From NCBI GenBank assembly GCA_050123255.1, contig JASFHJ010000001.1, forward strand, positions 1 through 24,684: a DNA stretch of 24,684 nt, given 5' to 3'. Position 1 is the stretch's first letter, and every line of letters begins with the position of its first letter. The stretch comes from Dehalococcoidia bacterium (GTDB lineage: Bacteria > Chloroflexota > Dehalococcoidia > Dehalococcoidales > RBG-16-60-22). This document shows positions 8,123 to 16,510 of this stretch, in pieces. The translations under genes were made by a program, and so were the position numbers. The notes under the pieces are model-generated. The model was not told the origin of the DNA and made no database searches. It saw only the letters and a program-made list of their open reading frames with translations.

Positions 8123-9172
8123 ATGATTAATAAAGAGAACAAGCGTCTCACCGAGACGGTTCATGGCTCGGGTTGAGCTTGCAAGATAGGTCCGGGTGAC
8201 CTCGCCCAGGCGCTGGCCGGACTGCCCTTCCAGACCGACGAGAATTTGATAGCCGGAATGGAAAGAGCCGAGGATGCCGGCGTATACAAGCTTACGGACG
8301 AACTGGCAATCGTGCAGACGGTCGATTTCTTCACGCCGATCGTCGACGATCCCTACCAGTTCGGCGGAATCGCCGCGGCCAACTCCCTGAGCGACGTGTA
8401 CGCCATGGGCGGCAAGCCGTTGACGGCTTTAAATATCGTCTGTTTTCCCAATAGCGCTATGGAGCTTTCCGTCCTCACCGAGGTCCTCCGGGGCGGCCTG
8501 GACAAGATGCATGAGGCCGGGGTGATACTGGTCGGCGGGCATACCGTGGATGACCCGGAGTTGAAATACGGCCTGGCGGTCACGGGCACGATTCACCCGG
8601 AAAAAGTGGTTCGTAACAGCACCGCCCGGGATGGTGACAAACTGATCCTTACCAAGACCCTCGGTACGGGAATCATCAGTACCGCCATCAAAGCGGGAAA
8701 AGCTGATACGTCAACTATTGAGGCTATTACTCAATCGATGTCCGCTTTGAACAGAACGGCTTCCGAGTTGATGGTAGAGGTCGGTGTGAACGCCTGTACC
8801 GATATCACCGGTTTCGGCTTACTCGGTCATGCCGGTGAGATGATTGAGTGCAGTGACGTAGGGATGGTTATCGAAGCTGCCGCGTTGCCGTACTTTCCGG
8901 CGTTTAAGGAACTGGCGGAAGCGGGCATGATTCCCGGCGGACTGAACCGCAACCGTGATTATCGGAAGGATATGGTGGATATCGATTCAAGTGTTCCAAA
9001 ATTCCTTCAGGATCTCCTCTATGACCCGCAGACATCCGGCGGGTTGTTGATATCCGTGCCGGAAAAGAAGGCGCGGCGGTTACTGGACAGTTTACATAAT
9101 AATGGCATCGTTGCAGCGGTTATAATCGGCGAGGTTACGGCTGAAAATAAGGGCAGGATAATAGTAAAATAG
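8123..9172 (+). CDS. selD: Selenide, water dikinase SelD, selenocysteine-containing (UGA at 8174-8176), 349 aa
   Basis: ATG 8123 is in frame with ORF 8246 and reads MINKENKRLTETVHGSG-U-ACKIGPGDL, matching the G(U/C)xCK active site. Also TVDFFTPIVDDPY, AANSLSDVYAMGG, GGHT, TDITGFGLLGH and DPQTSGGLL. Confidence 0.96.
8188..8202 (+). promoter_or_regulatory. Bacterial SECIS hairpin of selD
   Basis: AGGTC-CGGGT-GACCT stem-loop beginning 11 nt after the UGA, with a G-rich apical loop. Confidence 0.75.
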
Positions 9173-9360
9173 GCTGTTATCATCAAAACTTCTGAATTTA
9201 CCCCGGAATAAACCACCTGGAACTATGTTCTATCCCCTCCCAGAGCCCCTGTAATCAAAATCTGCGTATATTATGGTGCTGAGATATGTCTCACTATGGT
9301 CAGGTCATAAACCGGCGCAGGATTATTATACTGGAGCTTTGCCGGTTAATGATATATAAC

Positions 9361-9714
9361 TTACTTCAACTGAGCGCTGGCTCTCCTGAATAACTCCTCG
9401 TCGTCCTTGACGCCCCGCACGTCTATGCCCGACTGCCGGAAAGCTCTTACCATCGCTTCTATCAGTTTCGTCTTGCTCAGCTTCTTCCCGCCGCTGAACT
9501 TGGCCGTGGAAGCCAGTGTCTCCAGGTAGGCATCCTCTTCGTGGTTGAGGAACACGGAAAGCTTTATCATGGATGACCTGGGTTTTTCCGGGGTTTTAGG
9601 CACCGGCTGCGGTTCCGGTGCTGCTTCCGGCGGCGGGACTGCTTTCCTGCCCCCGGTAAGACGGTCCAGAGCGGTACCGTAAGCGAGTTCCTCGGTGATT
9701 CTAGCTCTTTTCAT
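9361..9714 (-). CDS. Small ParA partner, predicted ribbon-helix-helix DNA-binding protein (ParG/omega-like)
   Basis: Overlaps the parA stop by 14 nt. Basic N-terminus MKRAR, Pro-rich linker, alternating strand IKLSVFL, then helices HEEDAYLETLAST and SKTKLIEAMVRAF. The fold is an inference. Confidence 0.6.
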   Translation of the reverse strand: MKRARITEELAYGTALDRLTGGRKAVPPPEAAPEPQPVPKTPEKPRSSMIKLSVFLNHEEDAYLETLASTAKFSGGKKLSKTKLIEAMVRAFRQSGIDVRGVKDDEELFRRASAQLK

Positions 9715-10486
9715 TCAGCACCTCTTCTGTGAATTCTCTATAAGCCGCCGCGCCGTCGGAGCCCGATGCGTAGGTGAGGATGGACATCCCGGCGGCGGGA
9801 GCCTCTTTAAATCGTACGCTGGTAGGTATGGTGGCATCGAAAACCCGGATAATGCTCCCGAAGGCGCGCTTGGTAACGTCGATGACTTCACGACTGTGCA
9901 GCGTGCGCGGGTTGGTCATGGTAAACAGGATGCCCAATATCTCCAGGTCGTGATTGAGCTTTTCCTTGACCTCGATAATCGTGTGCAGCAGTAGTTCGAG
10001 CCCTTTCATCGCCAGGAAGTCGGCCTGCAGCGGGATAAGCACCTTATCGGCGGCGGCCAGGGCGTTTATCGTCAACAAACCCAGGCTGGGCAGACAATCG
10101 ACGAGTATATAGTCGTATTCCTGACGTGCCGGTCGGAGCATTTCCTGGAGCATGAGTTCCCGTGATTCTATCTCCACCAGGTCGAGCTGTGACTGGGATA
10201 GCTCGATGTTGGAAGGAACGATGTCGATTGCGGGAAATTCGGTATGCAGAATGGCTTCCCGGATGGACGGTTTACCGGTATCGTACATGACGCCCCGCAG
10301 TACATCATAGCTGGTCAAATCGAGATTATCCGGGTTATAACCGAAATTTACCGTCAAACTACCCTGCGGATCCCAGTCAATGAGTAAAATCCGCTTGTTA
10401 TGCTCGCTGAGTCCCTGCGCCAGGGCGGCGGCGGTGGTTGTTTTCCCCACGCCGCCTTTTTGATTGGTAATGCAGATTATTGGCAT
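9701..10486 (-). CDS. parA: ParA/Soj-family ATPase
   Basis: Deviant Walker A NQKGGVGKTTT, plus IDWDPQGSLT, YDYILVDCLPSLG and RFKEAPAAG. Confidence 0.93.
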   Translation of the reverse strand: MPIICITNQKGGVGKTTTAAALAQGLSEHNKRILLIDWDPQGSLTVNFGYNPDNLDLTSYDVLRGVMYDTGKPSIREAILHTEFPAIDIVPSNIELSQSQLDLVEIESRELMLQEMLRPARQEYDYILVDCLPSLGLLTINALAAADKVLIPLQADFLAMKGLELLLHTIIEVKEKLNHDLEILGILFTMTNPRTLHSREVIDVTKRAFGSIIRVFDATIPTSVRFKEAPAAGMSILTYASGSDGAAAYREFTEEVLNEKS

Positions 10487-10509
10487 CGCTTTCCTCTGTT
10501 TCCGCCGAG

Positions 10510-10538
10510 ATTATAGCGTAATTGCGCAACTGCGTCAA
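10510..10538 (-). promoter_or_regulatory. parA promoter
   Basis: On the minus strand: TTGACG (10538-10533), 17 nt, TATAAT (10515-10510). Confidence 0.75.
10514..10537. repeat. 8-bp-period array, copy 3 (TAGCGTAA TTGCGCAA CTGCGTCA), covering the parA promoter spacer
   Basis: Exact CGTAATTGCGCAA at 10517-10529. The array overlaps both promoter hexamers. Confidence 0.85.
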
Positions 10539-10657
10539 TGTTGCTTCTACCGCAAATAGAAGAGTGAAAACAGCCGGCAAGTTAAAAGAGAAAATAAGGA
10601 TAACCTTAAAAATCTTAATATTTTCAAAAAGTATTTTAAAAATTATTGAAAAGGGTA

Positions 10658-10686
10658 TTGACAAAATGAATATATGTCTTTATAAT
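10658..10686 (+). promoter_or_regulatory. Perfect-consensus sigma70 promoter of the DUF2089 operon
   Basis: TTGACA, 17 nt, TATAAT, with an A/T-tract UP-element-like region upstream. Confidence 0.85.
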
Positions 10687-10759
10687 ACATTAAGATAATT
10701 AATTTGCAGTTTAAATAAATCAATATTCAACACTCAAGCGGCACGAAGAGGAAAATGAA

Positions 10760-11122
10760 ATGGTAAAAGAATGGCATGAATTAACCAGGATGACCCAGGG
10801 AAAGCCCATCACGGTAGAACGAGTTCGCCTCGTGGACAGTGACATTGCCATAGAAGGCAGTTTTTCCCTGCCACCGCTAGCCGGCCTTTCGGCGGAAGAC
10901 CAGATTTTCGTCATGGCTTTCGTCCGGGCTCACGGCTCGATCAAGGACATGGAAGAAATGTTCGGCATCAGCTATCCCACGGTGAAGAACCGTATCAACC
11001 GCATCGCCCAGCAGTTCAAGTTCGTTGAAATGGTCACACCTTCAAGGCAGGACGACGTTATAGATGAACTGGAACGGGGCGATATTTCCCCCGAGGAAGC
11101 TTTGAGGAGGTTACAACAATGA
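10760..11122 (+). CDS. DUF2089-family HTH protein
   Basis: LSAEDQIFVMAFVRAHGSIKDMEEMFGISYPTVKNRI, with a C-terminal SHOCT-like VIDELERGDISPEEALRRL. Confidence 0.8.
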   Translation: MVKEWHELTRMTQGKPITVERVRLVDSDIAIEGSFSLPPLAGLSAEDQIFVMAFVRAHGSIKDMEEMFGISYPTVKNRINRIAQQFKFVEMVTPSRQDDVIDELERGDISPEEALRRLQQ

Positions 11123-11397
11123 TTCGACCACCATTATTAATGCGCCTGAAAATCCGGAACCCGGAACACGATTTCGGACTATGGCTGCCGTTATTCCTGA
11201 TAATACCCGTCGCTCTGGTGGTGTTTATCATACTCTCGCCGCTGATACTGCTGGCAGTGATACTGTTCTGGCATAAGGGCTGGGGTAAGACAGCGTTACT
11301 GGCGCCCTGGGCCGCCTGGCGGGTTTTCTGCGCAACCCGCGGACTGAAAGTTGACGTGCAAAATCCCGGTGAATGCCTGCAGATTGCATTCGTATAA
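11119..11397 (+). CDS. Small membrane protein of the DUF2089 operon
   Basis: ATGA overlap with the upstream gene. Long hydrophobic segment LWLPLFLIIPVALVVFIILSPLILLAVILFW. Confidence 0.7.
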   Translation: MIRPPLLMRLKIRNPEHDFGLWLPLFLIIPVALVVFIILSPLILLAVILFWHKGWGKTALLAPWAAWRVFCATRGLKVDVQNPGECLQIAFV

Positions 11398-11418
11398 TCA
11401 ATAAAGGAGGATAAATCC

Positions 11419-11862
11419 ATGACTGAGAGCCAGAAAAAGATACTGGAAATGCTTGCCGAAAAGAAAATTAGCACTGATGAGGCATATAGATTACTGAACG
11501 CTCTTGATACCGGTGATTCAGGACCGAAAGCCTCATCCGGGGAAGGGACGGTTTCCGGAAAGAAAGCCAAATATCTCCGGGTTACCGTTACGCCCGATCC
11601 GGATAATCCCAATCCGGAACACGCCGACCGCGTTAACGTACGGGTGCCGATGAACCTGATTCGCGCCGGCATCAAACTGACATCGCTCATTCCCGGCGAA
11701 GCCACCGATAAGGTTAACGAGGCGCTGAAGGATAAGGGTATAAACTTCGACGTCCGGAATGTCAAGCCTGAAGACCTGGAAGAGTTGATACTTGCCCTGG
11801 CCGATCTGGAGGTCGATGTTTCCAGTAGCCACGGTGAAAAAGTCAAAGTATTCGTTGAATAA
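11419..11862 (+). CDS. Protein with N-terminal SHOCT-like (YvlB/LiaX-type) domain
   Basis: AAGGAGG SD. KKILEMLAEKKISTDEAYRLLNAL, then KYLRVTV and VNVRVPMNLIRAG. Confidence 0.72.
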   Translation: MTESQKKILEMLAEKKISTDEAYRLLNALDTGDSGPKASSGEGTVSGKKAKYLRVTVTPDPDNPNPEHADRVNVRVPMNLIRAGIKLTSLIPGEATDKVNEALKDKGINFDVRNVKPEDLEELILALADLEVDVSSSHGEKVKVFVE

Positions 11863-11885
11863 TCATACTTTTTGGAGGTAAATAA

Positions 11886-12077
11886 ATGGGATATTTCAGA
11901 ATTTTAGCTGCCATACCGGGTTTCTTCCTCAGCTCCTTTTTCCTGATGCTTCTCTGGGGTTCCATCGCACCGGATTTTGGCATAGACTCGATCACCTACG
12001 TAAAATCGATGCTGATAACGATAACCCTCTGGATAGCTATCGCACCGCTGGCAGCTGCTGGTAAAAAAAGCAAATAA
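11886..12077 (+). CDS. Small two-TM membrane protein
   Basis: GGAGG SD. Two hydrophobic stretches and a basic tail GKKSK. Confidence 0.65.
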   Translation: MGYFRILAAIPGFFLSSFFLMLLWGSIAPDFGIDSITYVKSMLITITLWIAIAPLAAAGKKSK

Positions 12078-12090
12078 CCTGGAGATTCCA

Positions 12091-12130
12091 GGGCTGGTAA
12101 AGGCAATTTCCCTCCTAACTTTACCAGCCC
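12091..12130. terminator. Terminator hairpin after the DUF2089 operon
   Basis: GGGCTGGTAAAG and CTTTACCAGCCC form a perfect 12-bp stem with a 16-nt loop. Confidence 0.7.
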
Positions 12131-12218
12131 CTTTGGTTATAAATCATTTAATTCCCGGTAATTTACCGGCGTATCCGCCTTTATACCTTGGTGACCTCAT
12201 TTTTAAAACATCCATTGT

Positions 12219-12287
12219 CGTTCACGGTGCGTTTGTCAAATCGTAGCTAAAATTCCCAACTACCCTTCGGCAGGCTCATGGTGAACG
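12219..12287. repeat. Long imperfect palindrome (degenerate REP-like element)
   Basis: CGTTCAC and GTGAACG ends. Pairing continues inward with G-U pairs and an inner GTAG/CTAC stem. Confidence 0.5.
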
Positions 12288-12305
12288 GCTGATTAATACC
12301 AACTT

Positions 12306-13073
12306 TTACATCATCACGCTGCCGCCGTTGACGATGATGTACTGGCCGGTGATGAAATCGGAGTCATCGGAAGCTAAAAATACCGCGGTTCCCGCCAGGT
12401 CGTCGGGTTCTTCGCGGCGTTTTAGAGCCTGCATCTCCACCGTAGCATCGAATGATCCTGAACTGCCTTCCTGCCCCAGGCTGGCTTCGGTGGCTGTAAA
12501 TCCCGGGGCGATGCTGTTGACATTGATTCCGTCGGGGCCCAGCGCCCGGGCTAAAGTCTGGGTCATGGCGTAGACCGCCGCCTTGCTGCACGCGTAAGCC
12601 AGGAGATCTACCGCGCCCGCTACTTTGAAAACGTCCGAGGCGATATTGATTATCTTGCCCTTCCCCGCCTTCTGCATCAGCGGCCCGATTGCCCTGCAGC
12701 AGAGGTAGGTGCCCCGCACGTTGATTTCAAACATCCTGTCCCAGTCCTCCACTTTCCACTGGTCCCAGCGGCGTCGCTCGACTCCATAATATAGGGCGGC
12801 GTTATTAAGTAAAATATCCACTTTTCCGTAAATACGCATCACTTCTTCCGCCATTTTCCGGGTATCCGCTTCTTCGGAAATATCGGTTTTCACAGCGCAG
12901 GCTTCACCGCCTCTGGCTTTTATCTCCTCGGCGACGGCTCCGGCGCGTTCCGGGCTGATATCGGGGAGGAGTAATTTAGCTCCCTCATCGGCGAACCTCA
13001 GCGCGAAAACCTTGCCCAGTCCCCGCCCGGCTCCGGTGATGATGGCTACCTTGTCTTTGAGTACCGGTGACAT
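12306..13073 (-). CDS. Classical short-chain dehydrogenase/reductase (probably NAD-dependent)
   Basis: Motifs TGAGRGLG, NNA, catalytic YACSK and NSIAPG. Asp at the end of beta2 (LPDIS). Confidence 0.92.
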   Translation of the reverse strand: MSPVLKDKVAIITGAGRGLGKVFALRFADEGAKLLLPDISPERAGAVAEEIKARGGEACAVKTDISEEADTRKMAEEVMRIYGKVDILLNNAALYYGVERRRWDQWKVEDWDRMFEINVRGTYLCCRAIGPLMQKAGKGKIINIASDVFKVAGAVDLLAYACSKAAVYAMTQTLARALGPDGINVNSIAPGFTATEASLGQEGSSGSFDATVEMQALKRREEPDDLAGTAVFLASDDSDFITGQYIIVNGGSVMM

Positions 13074-13122
13074 ATAAGCCTCCTATCGTTACGAATCATT
13101 GATATTATCCTGACTGGCAAAA

Positions 13123-13151
13123 ATTGTACATCGTAGCCCGGTCAACGTCAA
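13123..13151 (-). promoter_or_regulatory. SDR promoter
   Basis: On the minus strand: TTGACG, 17 nt, TACAAT. Confidence 0.6.
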
Positions 13152-13205
13152 TCACACATGATATTTTGAAATATATAAAGAGATATTCATAAAATACTAT
13201 ATGTC

Positions 13206-13234
13206 TTGCTAAAAGATACCCGTCGCCATATAAT
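13206..13234 (+). promoter_or_regulatory. ABC exporter operon promoter
   Basis: TTGCTA, 17 nt, TATAAT. Confidence 0.6.
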
Positions 13235-13284
13235 ATAGCGAAAATCTCCTCAAAACTATCTCAATAGAAAGCGGGGGAAAGGCT

Positions 13285-14034
13285 ATGGCTGAGGAATATC
13301 TGGTCGCCACCGACCTTCACAAGAGTTTTAATGATTTTAAAGCCGTCGACGGCGTGACGTTTTCCCTAGCAAAAGGCGAGATATTCGGACTGCTGGGGCC
13401 CAACGGCGCCGGCAAGACCACCACGATACGCATGCTCTCCACGGTTCTTCCCCCAGATAGCGGCGATATAGTCATCGGCGGTCATTCCCTTCACCAGGAT
13501 GCCGCGGCGGTCAGGGCTCTTATCGGTGTTTGCCCCCAGGACCTGGCGCTCTATGAAGAACTCTCCGCCTACGATAACATGGTGTTTTTCGGCAGGATGG
13601 ACGGATTGAATACCCAGGAAGCCCGTGCCCAGGCTATGGAGCACCTGAAACTGATGGGACTGGAAGACCGCGCCAAAGGTAAAGTGGCCAATTTCTCCGG
13701 CGGTATGAAGCGCCGTATCAACTTGGCGATATCCCTCATGGGCAGCCCGCAGCTGGTCTTCATGGACGAGCCCACCGTCGGCATCGATCCGCAGTCGCGG
13801 AACAATATCTACGAAACTATCGAAGGCTTGCGGGATAAAGGCATTACCATTCTCTATACCACCCACTACATGGAAGAAGCCGACCGGCTTTGCAGTCGGA
13901 TTGCTATCATGGATGCCGGCAAGATTATCGCCATGGATACCCCGCGTAATCTCAAGGCTCAAATCGGCGACCCGGACAAGGTTACTCTGGAAGATGTTTT
14001 CCTGAACCTGACCGGACGCAGCCTACGGGACTAG
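13285..14034 (+). CDS. ABC-2 type exporter ATP-binding protein (DrrA/LnrL-like)
   Basis: Walker A GPNGAGKTT, signature FSGGMKRR, Walker B FMDEPTVGID and H-loop TTHYMEEA. Confidence 0.95.
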   Translation: MAEEYLVATDLHKSFNDFKAVDGVTFSLAKGEIFGLLGPNGAGKTTTIRMLSTVLPPDSGDIVIGGHSLHQDAAAVRALIGVCPQDLALYEELSAYDNMVFFGRMDGLNTQEARAQAMEHLKLMGLEDRAKGKVANFSGGMKRRINLAISLMGSPQLVFMDEPTVGIDPQSRNNIYETIEGLRDKGITILYTTHYMEEADRLCSRIAIMDAGKIIAMDTPRNLKAQIGDPDKVTLEDVFLNLTGRSLRD

Positions 14035-14044
14035 ACACGGAATT

Positions 14045-15220
14045 ATGCGAGCAGTATACATAGCCCTGAACGAAGTTAAGCTTTACCTGAAGGATAAGGG
14101 CGACCTTGCCTTCAGCTTGCTGCTGCCGATTTTTACCGTTGCCCTTATATATTTCGCCTTCAGCGGCGATACCCTTTTTGAAGGTACCGCCTACGTGGTG
14201 GACGAGGATGACGGTATATATTCAACCATATTGATTGATAATCTGGAAGCCGTCGACGGTGTAGATGTTGAACTACTGACGCTATCCGAGGCTGACGAAA
14301 AGATTGATAACTCCGATATTTTACTTTTCCTCTACCTCCCCGATAATTTCTCGGCGAATCTCGAATCGGGCAAGCCCACTGAGCTGCTCTTCAAGCAGCG
14401 CGGTAACGGCGGCGATGAGGGTCAAATTATCGCCAGCATGGTTCGTGCCGTCGCCCGGGAGATGAACAAGGAATTCGGCGTCAGGACCCAGGTTGCGGCA
14501 GTCCTTCAGGATACGGCGATTCCCCAGGAACAGATCGAGTCTACGGTGCAGCAATTCCTGGAAGCAGAGCGTGCCCGGCCGCTGGTGGAAATAACCGACG
14601 AGACCCTGGGCGGCAGTTCCGACTTCGAAACCCAGTTTCTGCCCGGGATTGTTACCATGTACGTCCTCTTTGCGGTGGCACTTGCCGCCCGGATAATCGT
14701 TGAGGAGCGGCGTAAGGGAACTCTGGAGCGCCTGCTCTCCACCCGTCTCAGCGTCAGCGAACTGTTCTTCGGTAAATACCTGGCAAATATCGCCCGCGGT
14801 ATTACGCAGACGCTCATCCTGCTGGTACTCGCCTATGCCGTATTCCAGATGTTCACGCCGCTGACCTTCCTGCAATCGCTGCTTATCGCTGTTATTTTCA
14901 CGGCGGCGGCCAGCGCGGTGGGACTGGTTATCGCCTCCATCGCCCGCAGCGAAGAAGGGGCTGCCTGGATAGCGGTGGTATTTTCAGTAATTTCCTTCAT
15001 GTTCGGCGGTACTTTCTTCCCGATTGCAGAAGATTCGGCGTTTTACGCACTCAGCCGGATATCCATCAACTCCTACGCTAACGATGCTCTGAATACGATT
15101 CTGGCGGAAAACGGTACCCTGGCCGACACCGGTTCCAACCTGTTGATCCTGGTTGGCGTCATGGTGGTGGGTCTGGTGGTCAGCAGGTTCCTCTTCAAGA
15201 TTGTACCCGGGGGAAAATAG
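14045..15220 (+). CDS. ABC-2 type permease with large extracytoplasmic loop
   Basis: N-terminal TM, VVDED loop, EERRKGTLERLLSTR and five C-terminal TMs. Confidence 0.9.
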   Translation: MRAVYIALNEVKLYLKDKGDLAFSLLLPIFTVALIYFAFSGDTLFEGTAYVVDEDDGIYSTILIDNLEAVDGVDVELLTLSEADEKIDNSDILLFLYLPDNFSANLESGKPTELLFKQRGNGGDEGQIIASMVRAVAREMNKEFGVRTQVAAVLQDTAIPQEQIESTVQQFLEAERARPLVEITDETLGGSSDFETQFLPGIVTMYVLFAVALAARIIVEERRKGTLERLLSTRLSVSELFFGKYLANIARGITQTLILLVLAYAVFQMFTPLTFLQSLLIAVIFTAAASAVGLVIASIARSEEGAAWIAVVFSVISFMFGGTFFPIAEDSAFYALSRISINSYANDALNTILAENGTLADTGSNLLILVGVMVVGLVVSRFLFKIVPGGK

Positions 15221-15226
15221 AAAGAT

Positions 15227-16483
15227 ATGAATAAGCTGAATTATATATGGCTTATCGCTCTCAAGGATTTGAAAATCTTCGCCAAAGACCGCGCTGCGGT
15301 GTTTTTCTTCATCATTTTCCCCTTTTTATTCATCCTGATGTTCTACTTCCTTAATCTGGGCGCGGCTGAAGACGAAAGATTGACTTTTCATTTGGCTACG
15401 CTCGAACCGGAAGGCGGACTCAGCCACGAGATAATCGGCACCATGGAAACCACCGACGAATCAAAGCTACAGGCCGGAGACCCGGTGATTGTCTGGGAAC
15501 GGGATTACGATGAAGCATATCGCAAGGTGGAAGAAGGTGAACTGCCGGGCTTTATCGCTTTCCCTGCTGATTTTACTCGGGGCGTCGTATCCGGTTCGGG
15601 TACCCGGCTCATGGTAATCGCCGATGCCGGAGCGGTATACGAAAAAGCCGCACTTGACAGCATCGCCGACTCGCTGGCTTCTCAGGTTGGTGCGGAGCAA
15701 ATCGTGATAAATGCCAGTGTGGCGCTGCTCGTTGAAGGAGGCATCATCCCGCCGGATGAAGAAAGCATCAACCAGGCCGCCCGGCAGATTCTGGCTGAAA
15801 TAAGCGCGGGACAGGACGGAACCGGGGGAAATCTCTCACTTATCGGATTTGCTGAACCCGAGAGGGTTGGCGATATAGAGGCAGGTAATCCCGCCGACTA
15901 CGTTATTCCCGGCTATCTGGTCATGTTTGTCTTCTTTGCCGCCGCGGTCGCCGCCGAGTCGATAGTACGAGAGCGGCAGAACAATACCCTGGAACGGTTG
16001 CTGACGAGTTCGGTGAGTAAAGGAAGTATACTGGGCGGTATTTACATCGGTACTTTGCTGCGTGGATTTATCCAGATTTTAATATTCTGGGCGGTCGGCA
16101 TCCTGTTTTTCAAGGTAGACCTGGGGCTGTCGCCAGTGGCGGTAATAATACTATCGGTGTTATTGGTAATAATGTCGGCGGCTTTCGCCGTTATGCTGGC
16201 GACCCTGGCAAAGACCCAGCGTAGCGCCGGTTCTCTGGCTACGGTTACGGCGCTTATTCTGGCGCCCCTGGGCGGTTGCTGGTGGCCCCTGTTCATTCTG
16301 CCGGAATGGTTGCAGACGATAGCAAAAATCAGCCCTCATGCCTGGGCTAATACGGGCTTTAACAAGCTGATGCTTTTCGGCGCCGATTTCGCATCGGTGG
16401 TGCCGGAAATGATAGCGCTGGTAGTGTTTACCGCTATCTTCGGCGTGATTGCCGTAATGCGGTTTCGTACCAGCGCTGTGTAG
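15227..16483 (+). CDS. Second ABC-2 type permease
   Basis: Motifs ERQNNTLERLLTS, LGGCWWPLFILPEWLQ and SPHAWA. Confidence 0.9.
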   Translation: MNKLNYIWLIALKDLKIFAKDRAAVFFFIIFPFLFILMFYFLNLGAAEDERLTFHLATLEPEGGLSHEIIGTMETTDESKLQAGDPVIVWERDYDEAYRKVEEGELPGFIAFPADFTRGVVSGSGTRLMVIADAGAVYEKAALDSIADSLASQVGAEQIVINASVALLVEGGIIPPDEESINQAARQILAEISAGQDGTGGNLSLIGFAEPERVGDIEAGNPADYVIPGYLVMFVFFAAAVAAESIVRERQNNTLERLLTSSVSKGSILGGIYIGTLLRGFIQILIFWAVGILFFKVDLGLSPVAVIILSVLLVIMSAAFAVMLATLAKTQRSAGSLATVTALILAPLGGCWWPLFILPEWLQTIAKISPHAWANTGFNKLMLFGADFASVVPEMIALVVFTAIFGVIAVMRFRTSAV

Positions 16484-16510
16484 CGTATTTTCTTGTTAAA
16501 TTTCCCCTGG

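Noticed and set aside
8246-9172. ORF-track 308-aa version of SelD
   Set aside because: Lacks the catalytic U/C-x-C-K N-terminus. The real start is ATG 8123 with UGA recoding.
7623-9269. Single NTGCGYAN units at 7623 (TTGCGTAC) and 9262 (CTGCGTAT) as further array copies
   Set aside because: Isolated 8-mers with mismatches and no tandem neighbours are expected by chance.
327-10537. CRISPR or canonical parS interpretation of the repeated motif
   Set aside because: Copies are kilobases apart without regular spacers, no cas genes are present, and the sequence does not match TGTTTCACGTGAAACA.
12306-13073. SDR as a mycofactocin-dependent SDR
   Set aside because: It has a generic TGAGRGLG N-terminus, and I cannot see the TGAARGQGRSHA-type signature of that subfamily.
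13366-16296. Minus-strand ORFs inside the ABC operon and other short overlapping ORFs in the track
   Set aside because: They overlap well-supported genes, have no recognisable motifs and lack translation signals.
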